Below are positions 48,049 to 57,597 of a stretch of 64,000 nucleotides of DNA, one piece after another; positions within the stretch are counted from its first letter, which is position 1; every line of letters starts with the position of its first letter. The position numbers and the translations under genes are program-made. Where the stretch lies: the NCBI GenBank assembly GCA_045634505.1, contig JAZRAH010000088.1, positions 6,474 to 70,473 on the forward strand. Direction: 5' to 3'. This DNA is from Elusimicrobiaceae bacterium. Lineage in GTDB: Bacteria > Elusimicrobiota > Elusimicrobia > Elusimicrobiales > Elusimicrobiaceae. The notes below the pieces were generated by a model that was given only the letters and a program-made list of their open reading frames with translations, did not search any database and was not told the origin of the DNA.

Positions 48049-50037
48049 ATGGACACATTTGAACTTGTTTCCAATTTTAAGCCGGCCGGGGATCAGCCTA
48101 AAGCTATTGATGCGCTTGTAAAGGGCGTGCTGGCGGGCGATAAACGCCAAACATTACTAGGGGTTACGGGCTCGGGCAAGACGTTTACCATGGCTAACGT
48201 TATCCAAAAGTTAAACCGCCCGACGCTTATTTTGTCGCCCAACAAAGTGTTAGCCGCCCAGTTGTATGGCGAGTTTAAACAGTTCTTTCCGCACAACGCG
48301 GTAGAGTATTTTATTTCATATTACGATTATTACCAGCCCGAGGCATATATCCCGCAAACGGACACCTATATTGAAAAAGACTCCGCCGTGAACGAGCAAA
48401 TAGATAAATTGCGCCTCAAGGCCACCACGTCGCTCCTCATGCGGCGCGACGTAATTGTCGTGGCGTCCGTATCGTGCATTTACAACATTGGCTCGCCGGA
48501 TAGTTTTAACGAAATGCGCATTTACGTCAAAAAAGGGGCCGAAATGACCCGCGGGCAACTCTCCGGCCACCTCATCAAAATCCAATATCAGCGCGACGAA
48601 ATTGAATTTACCTCCGGCAAGTTCCGCATGCGCGGCCCGTTCACGGACGTAATGACGCCGTACTCGCAAAACGCGATTCGTGTGGAAATTGCGGGCAAAA
48701 CCATTGCGCATATTTACGAAATCCACCCCATTACGGGCAACGTCGTGGCGGAACTGGACGAAGCGTGGATTTATCCTGCCAAGCACTTTGTAGCGACGGA
48801 TGAGGACACACAAAACGCCCTTACCCAAATTGAGCACGACTTGCAACTGCGCCACGCCGATTTAGTAGCCCAAGGCAAAGAAATGGAGGCCTACCGCTTG
48901 AAACAGCGCACCGAGTATGACCTGGAGATGATTCGCCAGGCCGGCTTTTGCAGCGGGATAGAAAACTATTCGCGCTATATGGACGGGCGTAAAGAGGGCG
49001 AACGCCCGCAGTGCTTGCTGGATTATTTCAAACGCTTTGACGATTTTTTGATGTTTGTGGACGAATCGCACGTGGCACTGCCGCAAGTGCGCGGGATGTT
49101 TAATGGGGACCGCGCGCGCAAGCAAATGCTCGTAGATTTTGGATTTCGCTTGCCCTCGGCCCTGGATAACCGCCCACTAAAATTTGACGAATTTGAAAAA
49201 CTCCTTCCCTCCACTGTGTTTGTGTCTGCCACGCCGGGCCCGTACGAGCTGACCGTCAGCGGCAACCACATTGTGGAGCAAGTCATCCGCCCCACGGGCC
49301 TGGTGGACCCGAAAGTAATTTTGCACCCTACCGAGGGGCAAATTGACCATCTGGTGGAGAAAATTACCGAGCATAAAAACCGCGGCGAACGCACGCTAGT
49401 GTTGGCCCTTACCAAAAAAACGGCGGAAGATTTAAGTGAGTTTTTTGTAACCAAAAAAATCAAAACGCGCTATTTGCATAGTGATATTGACTCCTTAGAG
49501 CGTGTGGAAATTTTGCGCCAGTTTAAAGCGGGCGAGTTTGACGTACTGGTTGGCATTAACCTCCTGCGCGAAGGGATTGATATTCCGCAAGTGGGGCTCG
49601 TAGCTATTTTAGGGGCCGATAACGAGGGATTTTTGCGTAATACTACCACCCTTATTCAAATTTCCGGCCGCGCCGCGCGCAACGTGGGGGGCGAAGTTGT
49701 TTTGTATGCGGACCGCAAAACCGATTCTATTAAATACGCCCTGAGCGAAATGAACCGCCGGCGTGAAATCCAAGAGGCTTACAACAAAGCCCACCACATT
49801 ACGCCTAAAACCATCCAAAAGACCGAGGCGGATTTGCAAGAATTTGAACGCCAAACCCAAACCAGTGCGTTTGGTATTTTGAGCGAAAGCCTGCCGGAAC
49901 CGACGGCTAAAAACATCAAGCATTTGGAAAAAGATTTGGAACAACAAATGCGTGACGCCGCCGATGCGCTGAACTTTGAACTGGCCGCGGAACTGCGCGA
50001 CCGCTTATTTGAACTCAAACAAATGAAACTAAAATAA
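48049..50037 (+). CDS. uvrB: Excinuclease ABC subunit B
   Basis: LLGVTGSGKT, YYDYYQPEAY, GFRLPSALDNRPL. Confidence 0.98.
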   Translation: MDTFELVSNFKPAGDQPKAIDALVKGVLAGDKRQTLLGVTGSGKTFTMANVIQKLNRPTLILSPNKVLAAQLYGEFKQFFPHNAVEYFISYYDYYQPEAYIPQTDTYIEKDSAVNEQIDKLRLKATTSLLMRRDVIVVASVSCIYNIGSPDSFNEMRIYVKKGAEMTRGQLSGHLIKIQYQRDEIEFTSGKFRMRGPFTDVMTPYSQNAIRVEIAGKTIAHIYEIHPITGNVVAELDEAWIYPAKHFVATDEDTQNALTQIEHDLQLRHADLVAQGKEMEAYRLKQRTEYDLEMIRQAGFCSGIENYSRYMDGRKEGERPQCLLDYFKRFDDFLMFVDESHVALPQVRGMFNGDRARKQMLVDFGFRLPSALDNRPLKFDEFEKLLPSTVFVSATPGPYELTVSGNHIVEQVIRPTGLVDPKVILHPTEGQIDHLVEKITEHKNRGERTLVLALTKKTAEDLSEFFVTKKIKTRYLHSDIDSLERVEILRQFKAGEFDVLVGINLLREGIDIPQVGLVAILGADNEGFLRNTTTLIQISGRAARNVGGEVVLYADRKTDSIKYALSEMNRRREIQEAYNKAHHITPKTIQKTEADLQEFERQTQTSAFGILSESLPEPTAKNIKHLEKDLEQQMRDAADALNFELAAELRDRLFELKQMKLK

Positions 50038-50105
50038 GCCCGCAGGCCTGTAGTGCGGGACAAAGCGGGCATAGCTAGCGCCTAAAAATAGTACAATATA
50101 TCATT

Positions 50106-50660
50106 ATGGAAAAGACATTTACATTAAAAACTGTTAAAAAAGTAATCGGGCTGGAAGAAACCCCCAGCACGCAAGGGTTGGCGCGCAGTTTGGCCGCCAC
50201 AGAGACCGACGGCACACTTATTTTGGCGTGCCACCAAACGCAAGCCAAGGGCAAAGAGGGGACCTCATTTTACGCGGGTGAGGGCGGCGTTTATTTTACG
50301 CTTATTTTGGACCCGCAAACTAACATTTCTTCGCAAAAATTAACGCTGGCCATGTCTAACGCGATTAGTGATGTGATTTACAGCGTACTGGGCATTAAAA
50401 CCAAGCTCTCTAAAACGGGCGATATTTTATGTTACGACAAATCCGCACGCACCTGGAAAAAATGTGCCGGCATCTTGGCCGAGCAAACCGAAACGGGAAC
50501 ATGGCTTTTAGGCGCGGGGATTTATTTAAATAACCGCCTGCCCATTGGGCTACGCACCACGTGTATTAGCCTTAAAGCTATTTTAGGCAGTGAGACCAGC
50601 AAAGAGCTGTTTTTAGATGAAGTTTTAAACAACTTTTGGAAGGAATACGCGTTTTTGTAG
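50106..50660 (+). CDS. Biotin-protein-ligase-like catalytic domain with degenerate motifs
   Basis: PSTQ, QT.AKG, GGVYFTLIL, KKCAGIL, GAGIYLN. Confidence 0.7.
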   Translation: MEKTFTLKTVKKVIGLEETPSTQGLARSLAATETDGTLILACHQTQAKGKEGTSFYAGEGGVYFTLILDPQTNISSQKLTLAMSNAISDVIYSVLGIKTKLSKTGDILCYDKSARTWKKCAGILAEQTETGTWLLGAGIYLNNRLPIGLRTTCISLKAILGSETSKELFLDEVLNNFWKEYAFL

Positions 50661-50688
50661 AACGGAGGAAAGGCCGCTGAACATATAC

Positions 50689-50884
50689 ACAATTTGATGA
50701 TTTGTTGGAAGTAAGGGGCAAGCCCTTACTGCGCCGGGCGCAACTTGCGCAAGGCACATACGAGTCCGCAAATATCGTTGTTTTTCACCCGCCCCGTAAG
50801 GGGCGGGGGAGCGACGATTTGCACGGGTTACTCGTATGGCTCAGGCAATCGTCGTTTTTTGTCTGTGCCCGAAGAAACTATCAT
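50689..50884 (+). ncRNA. Structured pilin-leader element, copy 7 (divergent subtype)
   Basis: ACAATTTGATGATTTGTTGGA/TCCGCAAATATC; CGACGATT/AATCGTCG+T6; barcode CATACGAG (50757-50764)/CTCGTATG (50831-50838). Confidence 0.8.
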
Positions 50885-50897
50885 ACGAGGTGCACTT

Positions 50898-51642
50898 ATG
50901 CACATGTTTAGTCATACCCGGCGGGGTTTCACGCAAGACAGTCCTTGTCAAAATAAACGTCATTCCCGAGTGTCGTTATCGGGAATCCCCACCTTAGTCC
51001 CTCAAAATGGAGAAGATCCCCGATTACAGATCTCGGGGATGACGCTTTATAGAATAACAGCTCGTGGCTTTTCTCTACGCCGTCATCCTGAACTTGATTC
51101 AGGATCTTCAACGCTTGCCGTTGTCGTTCATAAACAGCGTGCGTGGAAGATGCCAAATCAAGTTTGGCATGACAACTTTACTGAATAATGGCGGGTTCAC
51201 CCTCATTGAACTCTTGGTCGTAGTACTCATCATTGGTATATTGGCGGCAGTGGCTTTGCCACAATATCAAAAAGCGGTTATGAAAAGTAGGCTCGGGCAG
51301 GTTCACAGTGTGCTGCGCACGTTGCGTACGGGTATAGATAATTATATATTGGCCAACGGAGCCGATGGGACAATCTTTTTAGGATATGATGAGGATAAAA
51401 CCTCGTTGTTAGACATTAACTTTGGTACCCAATTTGATTGTTCTGACCATGGAGACGATATTGCTGAAGGCTGTTTGCTTCACGATTTTGTGTATAGAGC
51501 CACCACTGATTATGTGGAAGCATACGATAAGGAACAACGTTTTTTAATAGGATATGACAACCGGGGTGAACAAGGTTGGCAGCCCAGTTGTGCTTCAGGA
51601 GGAGAATGGGCATGGATTTGTGATTATTGGAATAGTTTATAA
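50898..51642 (+). pseudogene. Type IV pilin-like gene 7; leader frame stops at 51188, pilin frame is +1 (possible restart at ATG 51169)
   Basis: SD GAGGTG then MHMFSHTRRGFTQ; two REP doublets 50958-51044 and 51081-51173; G|FTLIELL in the other frame. Confidence 0.75.
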
Positions 51643-51645
51643 GTA

Positions 51646-51677
51646 AAAACTCCCCCGGTTACTAACCGGGGGAGTTT
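51646..51677. terminator. Bidirectional terminator
   Basis: AAACTCCCCCGGTT-loop-AACCGGGGGAGTTT. Confidence 0.85.
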
Positions 51678-51699
51678 ACTAAACAATATCGTTGGGCGT

Positions 51700-52065
51700 T
51701 TAATCCCCAATGGCTTTTTTAACTTTTTCCACTAAGTCCGTCAGCACAAAGGGTTTAGAGCAAAACCCTTTCACTTGCGGGTAGGGTTGGAAAATCGGGG
51801 CCGATTCTACGAGCGCGGAAGTTACAATCACCGGGATGTTCATAAGCATTTCATCCTGGGACATAATTTTTACAATCCCCGCCCCGTCTAACCCGGGTAG
51901 CATTACATCTAGCAAAACCAAATGCGGGTGAAATTCTTTCATCATGTTGATTGCATCGCGTCCCGTTTGGCAGGAGGCCACTTCATACCCCTCGCGCATG
52001 AGCACCATGGTAAGCAGTTCTACAATGCTGATTTCATCTTCTACAATTAAAATTCTTTTTTGCAT
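51700..52065 (-). CDS. Single-domain response regulator (receiver)
   Basis: ILIVED, LVLLDVMLPGLDG, TS, KPF. Confidence 0.92.
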   Translation of the reverse strand: MQKRILIVEDEISIVELLTMVLMREGYEVASCQTGRDAINMMKEFHPHLVLLDVMLPGLDGAGIVKIMSQDEMLMNIPVIVTSALVESAPIFQPYPQVKGFCSKPFVLTDLVEKVKKAIGD

Positions 52066-52097
52066 ACATACCTCTATAATTTATTATACTTTTTTAT

Positions 52098-52826
52098 ATG
52101 CCCAAAAAAAACTTTAATGCCTCCGTTCTTCCTAAAATGCGTGCGTTTGCGGCCAAGCTCATTGACCGTAAAGACGTCGTTTTGGTGGGCCTTTCCGGCG
52201 GGGCAGATTCGGTGTGTTTGCTCCATTTTCTGCAGTACTTAGCCAAAGAAAAACACTTTGCCCTGACCGCGGTGCACGTGAACCACGGGCTACGGGGCCG
52301 GGCCGCCGACGCAGATGAACAATTTTGCCAAGCGTTGTGTGAAACCTTAAAAATCCCTTTATTTGTAAAACACGTGGACGCCCAAGCGGTGGCCCAACAG
52401 TACGACTTAAGCCCCGAGCACGGCGCACGCAAAGCGCGCTACAAAGCCTACGCGCAAGTAGCCAAAACCTGGGGGGCCACCAAACTGGCCCTGGGGCACC
52501 ATTTAGACGACCAGGCCGAAACGTTCCTCTTAAATTTACTGCGCGGTACCAAGGCCCAAGGATTGGGGGGAATCCCGCTACGCCGTCCGCTTAAACCCGG
52601 GGTGGAAATTGTGCGTCCGCTACTGTGTGTAACGCGCGCGGAGGTGGAGGCGTATTTGGCACAAAACAACCTCTCGCACGTAACCGACCAGACTAATTTT
52701 GACGACGTGTACCGCCGCAACTGGGTGCGCAACACCTTGTTGCCGCTACTGGAAACCAAACAACCGCAAATCCGGCAGCACTTAGCACAGTTTGCCGCCC
52801 AAATTGCCGAACTTACCCAAAAATAA
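52098..52826 (+). CDS. tilS: tRNA(Ile)-lysidine synthetase, short form
   Basis: SGGADS, HVNHGLR, GHHLDDQAET, RPLL, RNWVR. Confidence 0.93.
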   Translation: MPKKNFNASVLPKMRAFAAKLIDRKDVVLVGLSGGADSVCLLHFLQYLAKEKHFALTAVHVNHGLRGRAADADEQFCQALCETLKIPLFVKHVDAQAVAQQYDLSPEHGARKARYKAYAQVAKTWGATKLALGHHLDDQAETFLLNLLRGTKAQGLGGIPLRRPLKPGVEIVRPLLCVTRAEVEAYLAQNNLSHVTDQTNFDDVYRRNWVRNTLLPLLETKQPQIRQHLAQFAAQIAELTQK

Positions 52827-52880
52827 AATAGGTCCTTTTTTTGCTTTTTTTATAGGCGGCATTTTTGCTACCATATGGCT

Positions 52881-54335
52881 ATGTTTAAAAGTGCTGTTTT
52901 AGCGTTTGCCGCGCAAAAAAATTTGTCCGTTACCGGGCTGACGTTCCGCTCGCAAGACGTGCAGGCGGGGACTGTATTTTTTGCGCTTAAAGGGGCTAAC
53001 GCAGACGGCAATCTGTTTATCCCCGACGCGGTAAACAAAGGGGCCTGTTTAATTGTTTCGGCCCAGCCTGCCGCGCAAGATTATGGGGTTGCCTTTTTTC
53101 ACTCCCCCGATATTGATAAAGACATGGCCGACGCCGCCTATGAGTTTTACGGTCGTCCGTCGGATACTTTGCACATGTGGGGGGTTACCGGCACCAAAGG
53201 CAAAACTTCTATCGCGTATTTATTGGAAAGTGTGTTACAAGCGGCCGGACGCAAAACCGGCGTATTTGGTACAGTCAATTATCGCGCGGACGGCGTAGAA
53301 ATTTGCAAAGCCCCCAACACTACTCCCGCCGCACTTACACTATTTAAACTGCTTGCACATATGAAACGGGAACGCTGCACCGACGTAGTGATGGAGGTTT
53401 CCTCCCACGCGTTGGAGCTGCAACGGGTGCGCAATATCTGGTACAACACCGCCATTTTTACCAATTTACAACGCGACCATTTGGACTTTCACAAAACGTT
53501 TGAAAATTATTTTGCCGCCAAAGTAAAATTGTTTGAAAACCTGGCCGACCCACGCAACCCCAAGCCCAACCGCGTGGCCGTCATTAACGTGGACGACCCG
53601 TACGGTCAGCGGCTTATGGCTCAGCTTAACGGACGTGTGCGCGTAGTTACCTTTGGGCTAAACAACCCGGCCGATTTTAAGGCGGACCATATTCAAGAAT
53701 TTTTAACGCATACCGCCTTTGAAATAAACGGCGTGCCTATGCAAATTAACCTATTGGGTAAACACAACGTTTGTAACGCGTTAGCCGCGTGTGCGGCCGC
53801 GCACGCAAACGGGATTTCGCTAGAGGTCATTGCCCGCGGGTTAGCTGCCTTGCCGGGCGTGCCCGGGCGTATGGAGCGCGTAGACGTGGGGCAGGATTTT
53901 TTTACATACGTAGATTTCGCTTACACCAACGAATCGTTACAACGTGCGTTTGATACGGTGCGTCCGTTTAAAAAAGGGCGCATTTTGCTTGTATTTGGCT
54001 GTGGCGGCCAGCGCGACCGTACCAAACGCCCCTTAATGGGCCGTACCGCGTGCGAACAGGCGGACCAGGTCTTTTTAACCAACGATAACCCGCGCTGTGA
54101 AGACCCCCAGCAAATTTTTAACGACATTTTAGCCGGTATGCAGGGGCGCACCAATTATATAATTGAGCCGGACCGCCAAAAAGCGATTGAACTTGCCTTA
54201 CGTGCCGCCCAAAAAGACGATATTGTAATTATTGCCGGTAAAGGGCACGAAGATTACCAACTTGTTGGCACCGAAAAGCGGCACTTTTCGGACCAAGAGG
54301 TCGTACGCGCGTTCTTAGGAGGAAAACATGTTTAG
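52881..54335 (+). CDS. murE: MurE ligase
   Basis: VTGTKGKTS, MEVSSH, FTNLQRDHLDFH, FGCGG.RD, DNPR, AGKGHE. Confidence 0.95.
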   Translation: MFKSAVLAFAAQKNLSVTGLTFRSQDVQAGTVFFALKGANADGNLFIPDAVNKGACLIVSAQPAAQDYGVAFFHSPDIDKDMADAAYEFYGRPSDTLHMWGVTGTKGKTSIAYLLESVLQAAGRKTGVFGTVNYRADGVEICKAPNTTPAALTLFKLLAHMKRERCTDVVMEVSSHALELQRVRNIWYNTAIFTNLQRDHLDFHKTFENYFAAKVKLFENLADPRNPKPNRVAVINVDDPYGQRLMAQLNGRVRVVTFGLNNPADFKADHIQEFLTHTAFEINGVPMQINLLGKHNVCNALAACAAAHANGISLEVIARGLAALPGVPGRMERVDVGQDFFTYVDFAYTNESLQRAFDTVRPFKKGRILLVFGCGGQRDRTKRPLMGRTACEQADQVFLTNDNPRCEDPQQIFNDILAGMQGRTNYIIEPDRQKAIELALRAAQKDDIVIIAGKGHEDYQLVGTEKRHFSDQEVVRAFLGGKHV

Positions 54336-55686
54336 ACTCGCTGATTTCCCGACGAAAAAAGCCGCTGTGTTAGGCGGCGGCAAAAGCGGGCAAGCCGTAG
54401 CCCAACTCTTAGCCGCGCACGGGTGCGAGGTCCTCATTAGCGACGAAGGCTCCGTGCAACTGCAAACCCCTTCCGCGCATATTACTGTAGAAACCGGCGG
54501 CCACACCGATAACGTATTTTTAGCCGATTTTATTGTGAAGAGCCCGGGTATTTTCCCCGGTAGTGCGGTACTGTTAAAAGCGCACGAACTGAACATCCCC
54601 GTATTTAGCGAACTGGAAGTGGCCCTTAGTTTTCTGCCTGCCGGGGTAAACGTGTTGGCAGTCAGCGGCACTAACGGCAAAACTACCACTACGGCACTGC
54701 TGGGCAAAATTTTAGAAAAAAAGTTTTTACGTGAAAACGCGGTTGGTAAAGTGTGTGTGTGTGGTAATATAGGAACTCCCATTTCTACCTGTGTGGATAA
54801 AGTTAGTAAAGGGGACGCGCTAGTCATAGAAGTATCTAGCTATCAGCTGGAAGACAGCACCTATTTTCACCCGCATATTGCCGGGCTACTTAACATCACG
54901 CCCGACCACCTGGACCACCACAACGGTATGAAAAATTATATTGCCGCTAAAGCGCGCTTATTTAAGGACCAAACCGCGCAAGATTTTGCCGTGCTAAACG
55001 CGTCGGACGCGGTGTGTGCGCAACTGGCAGAACATATTAAAAGTGATGTGTGGGCATTCTCGGCCCAGCCTAAACATTGGCTGAAAAGTGATGTGTTCTA
55101 CGACGGGGATGAGCTGATTTTTAGCGAAGGGCCGCACTTACGCCCGCCACAACTTCGCGGGATTCATAATATAGAAAACGCGATGGCCGCCGCACTTATG
55201 GCACTGCGGGCCGGGGCTACAGCGGAGGACGTACAAGCCGCATTTGCAGATTTTCACGCCATGGAGCACCGCATTGAGCCGGTGGCTACCGTGCGCGGGG
55301 TGAGCTATATTAACGACTCTAAGGCCACCAATTTAGATTCCACCATTACGGCACTAAAAAGTTTTGAGAAAAACAAAACCATTTGGCTTATTTTGGGCGG
55401 GCGTGATAAAGGGGCCTCGTACGAGGTGTTACTGCCCTATCTAAAGGACCACTGCAAGTGTGTATTGTCCATAGGCGAGTGTATGGATAAAATTGAAAAA
55501 GAATTGCATGGGGACTTTCCGATTGTACGTTGCGGTACACTTGAAAAAGCCGTGGCCTACGGGGCACAGCACGCCCAGCCCGGGGATGTGGTGTTGTTAT
55601 CCCCGGCATGTGCGAGCTTTGACCAATTTAAGAGCTTTGAACATCGTGGCGACGTGTTTAAAGAACTGGTACGCCGCTTAGTATGA
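54328..55686 (+). CDS. murD: MurD ligase
   Basis: KSPG, SGTNGKTTTT, EVSSYQLE, DHLDHH, NDSKATN, LSPACASFDQF. Confidence 0.96.
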   Translation: MFRLADFPTKKAAVLGGGKSGQAVAQLLAAHGCEVLISDEGSVQLQTPSAHITVETGGHTDNVFLADFIVKSPGIFPGSAVLLKAHELNIPVFSELEVALSFLPAGVNVLAVSGTNGKTTTTALLGKILEKKFLRENAVGKVCVCGNIGTPISTCVDKVSKGDALVIEVSSYQLEDSTYFHPHIAGLLNITPDHLDHHNGMKNYIAAKARLFKDQTAQDFAVLNASDAVCAQLAEHIKSDVWAFSAQPKHWLKSDVFYDGDELIFSEGPHLRPPQLRGIHNIENAMAAALMALRAGATAEDVQAAFADFHAMEHRIEPVATVRGVSYINDSKATNLDSTITALKSFEKNKTIWLILGGRDKGASYEVLLPYLKDHCKCVLSIGECMDKIEKELHGDFPIVRCGTLEKAVAYGAQHAQPGDVVLLSPACASFDQFKSFEHRGDVFKELVRRLV

Positions 55687-56354
55687 AAAAAATTATAGTA
55701 GGTTTATGTTTGTTGTTTGCAGGGTTGCAGGCCGGGGCACAAAGTGCCTATTCGGAGCATGTGATTGGGGCGGGAATAGCCCCGGAAGATGTGCTATTCT
55801 CGGTATTTTTAGGAAGTGGGCAACCCATGGGGTCGTCTGCCTTCACCGTCAAAGGAACCGACCAGACACTTGGGTGGGGGAAAACCGGGGTGGAATATGG
55901 CGTATCTACTATGTATTTCGTGAACGCATACCTGGGATTTGGCTTAGAAGCCAGCGGGATGAATACCACCTATGCCCACCAATGGGTTAACAACGTACAG
56001 TATAAGACAGCCACCGATATGTGGAACGGTAAAATTTTGGCCCGCTTGACGTTAAACCCGCATCACCCCGTTCGCGTGTATGTGCCGCTGGGGGTAGGCC
56101 TTGCGTGGGCACGCAACCGCTGGCAAACCGATTTGCACCAAAAACAACCGGTGGAGAAAAGTTTGTCTTACGGATATATGGTGGGGCTTGGTTTAGAGGC
56201 CAACGTGCGCGGCCCGGCCCAGTCTATTGGCGTAGAAGTGCGCTATAACGGATTTGGGGCCGATTTAGACACCCGCGTGGACAACCATTTTGTTTCCAAC
56301 AAACGCCCGTTAAATTACGTTTCATTTTTGCTTAAGTTTAATTACCGGTTTTAG
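55683..56354 (+). CDS. Outer-membrane beta-barrel protein
   Basis: Signal peptide, G.GL.A..strands, C-terminal KFNYRF. Confidence 0.7.
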   Translation: MKKIIVGLCLLFAGLQAGAQSAYSEHVIGAGIAPEDVLFSVFLGSGQPMGSSAFTVKGTDQTLGWGKTGVEYGVSTMYFVNAYLGFGLEASGMNTTYAHQWVNNVQYKTATDMWNGKILARLTLNPHHPVRVYVPLGVGLAWARNRWQTDLHQKQPVEKSLSYGYMVGLGLEANVRGPAQSIGVEVRYNGFGADLDTRVDNHFVSNKRPLNYVSFLLKFNYRF

Positions 56355-56393
56355 GGTAACGCCGACTAAGGTGTATTTTTTCCATAAAGGTGG

Positions 56394-56625
56394 AGATCCC
56401 CGATAAAGACTCTCGGGGATGACGCTAATAGATGTCAGGCTTACACCTGACCTATAAGATATCAGCCAAACCATTCCGGCCGTCATTGCGGGGAACGAAG
56501 GGACGAAGCAATCTTATAAACAACATAGATTGCCGCGCTTACGCTCGCAATGACGACAACGACAGATCCCCGACAAAGACACTCGGGAATGACACTTATT
56601 TAATGTCAGGCATAGCCTGACCTAC
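56394..56625. repeat. BIME-like mosaic of REP-like palindromes
   Basis: AGATCCCCG..CGGGGATGAC (56394, 56564), TGTCAGG..CCTGACCTA (56433, 56604), CGTCATTGCG...CGCAATGACG (56481-56555). Confidence 0.82.
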
Positions 56626-56667
56626 AACAACTGCCTATCTGACGCCAGATTTTGTTATAATGTAAGT

Positions 56668-56896
56668 ACAATTTGATTCTGTTTTTGGAACCGTATGCAG
56701 AATACGGATAGCTTAAAAGGCCATAGACAGTCCAAAAACAGCCGATACTAAGGTGCAGACGGGGACTATAGCCCTGCCTGTGCCGAATTGTTTCCCGCTT
56801 GCTAAAAGCGGGGAACTACGGCTGTTATGGCGTGTCACTGTCTAGGCGTGCTATAGCAGCCGTTTTATGTGCGTTTTCAGGGCAGAGTAAAATTGA
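56668..56896 (+). ncRNA. Structured pilin-leader element, copy 8
   Basis: TGnTATAAT + 6 nt; 8921-8955 and 56656-56690 identical; barcode TAGACAGT (56724-56731)/ACTGTCTA (56837-56844). Confidence 0.85.
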
Positions 56897-56919
56897 AAAT
56901 TAAAACGAGAGGTAAACGT

Positions 56920-57597
56920 ATGAACAAAAGACTTGCCCGGCGGGGAATAACGCAACAATTAATCAAAGGCAATTCAGTAAATATCCCTGAACTTGTTTCA
57001 GGGTCTTCCACGCAAGCTGCTGTGCAACAAAGGCCCCAACGACAGGCGTTGAAGATGCCGAAACAAGTTCGGCAATATCCTTATTTAACAAGGGGCCAGG
57101 GATTTACCCTGATTGAACTGTTGGTGGTTGTGCTAATTATAGGTATATTGGCTGCTATTGCCTTGCCGCAATACCAAAAAGCAGTATTAAAAAGTAGAAT
57201 GGTGGATGCAATTGGTATGTTGCGTACCATACAAAAGGCACAAGAAGTATATTATTTAAATCATGGGAATTATACAACCGATTTAGATGATTTGGATATA
57301 GAAATTCCAGCAAATCAAAAAGCTACTTCTTTTGCATATTCAAGTGAGTCTTATCCTTTGCGGTATTTTTACAGTTGCCATGCAAATGGATTTTGCGTAG
57401 CAGCGGCGCAGGATGATAATTTACCAATTATAGAAGTACACATGATGCATGCATTTTCTGGTAACAACAATCAGATGACTTGTGCTGCATTTAAAAACAA
57501 TACTTATAACAAAAGTAATTTGGCGGAGAAGCTTTGCCGAAGTATGGGGCCTGTTAGCCACACATGGGAAGGTACGGTATATTATGAAATACGTTAG
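56920..57597 (+). CDS. Type IV pilin-like protein 8 with 61-aa leader
   Basis: G|[28 protein letters not shown]; degenerate REP doublet about 56980-57078. Confidence 0.9.
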   Translation: MNKRLARRGITQQLIKGNSVNIPELVSGSSTQAAVQQRPQRQALKMPKQVRQYPYLTRGQGFTLIELLVVVLIIGILAAIALPQYQKAVLKSRMVDAIGMLRTIQKAQEVYYLNHGNYTTDLDDLDIEIPANQKATSFAYSSESYPLRYFYSCHANGFCVAAAQDDNLPIIEVHMMHAFSGNNNQMTCAAFKNNTYNKSNLAEKLCRSMGPVSHTWEGTVYYEIR

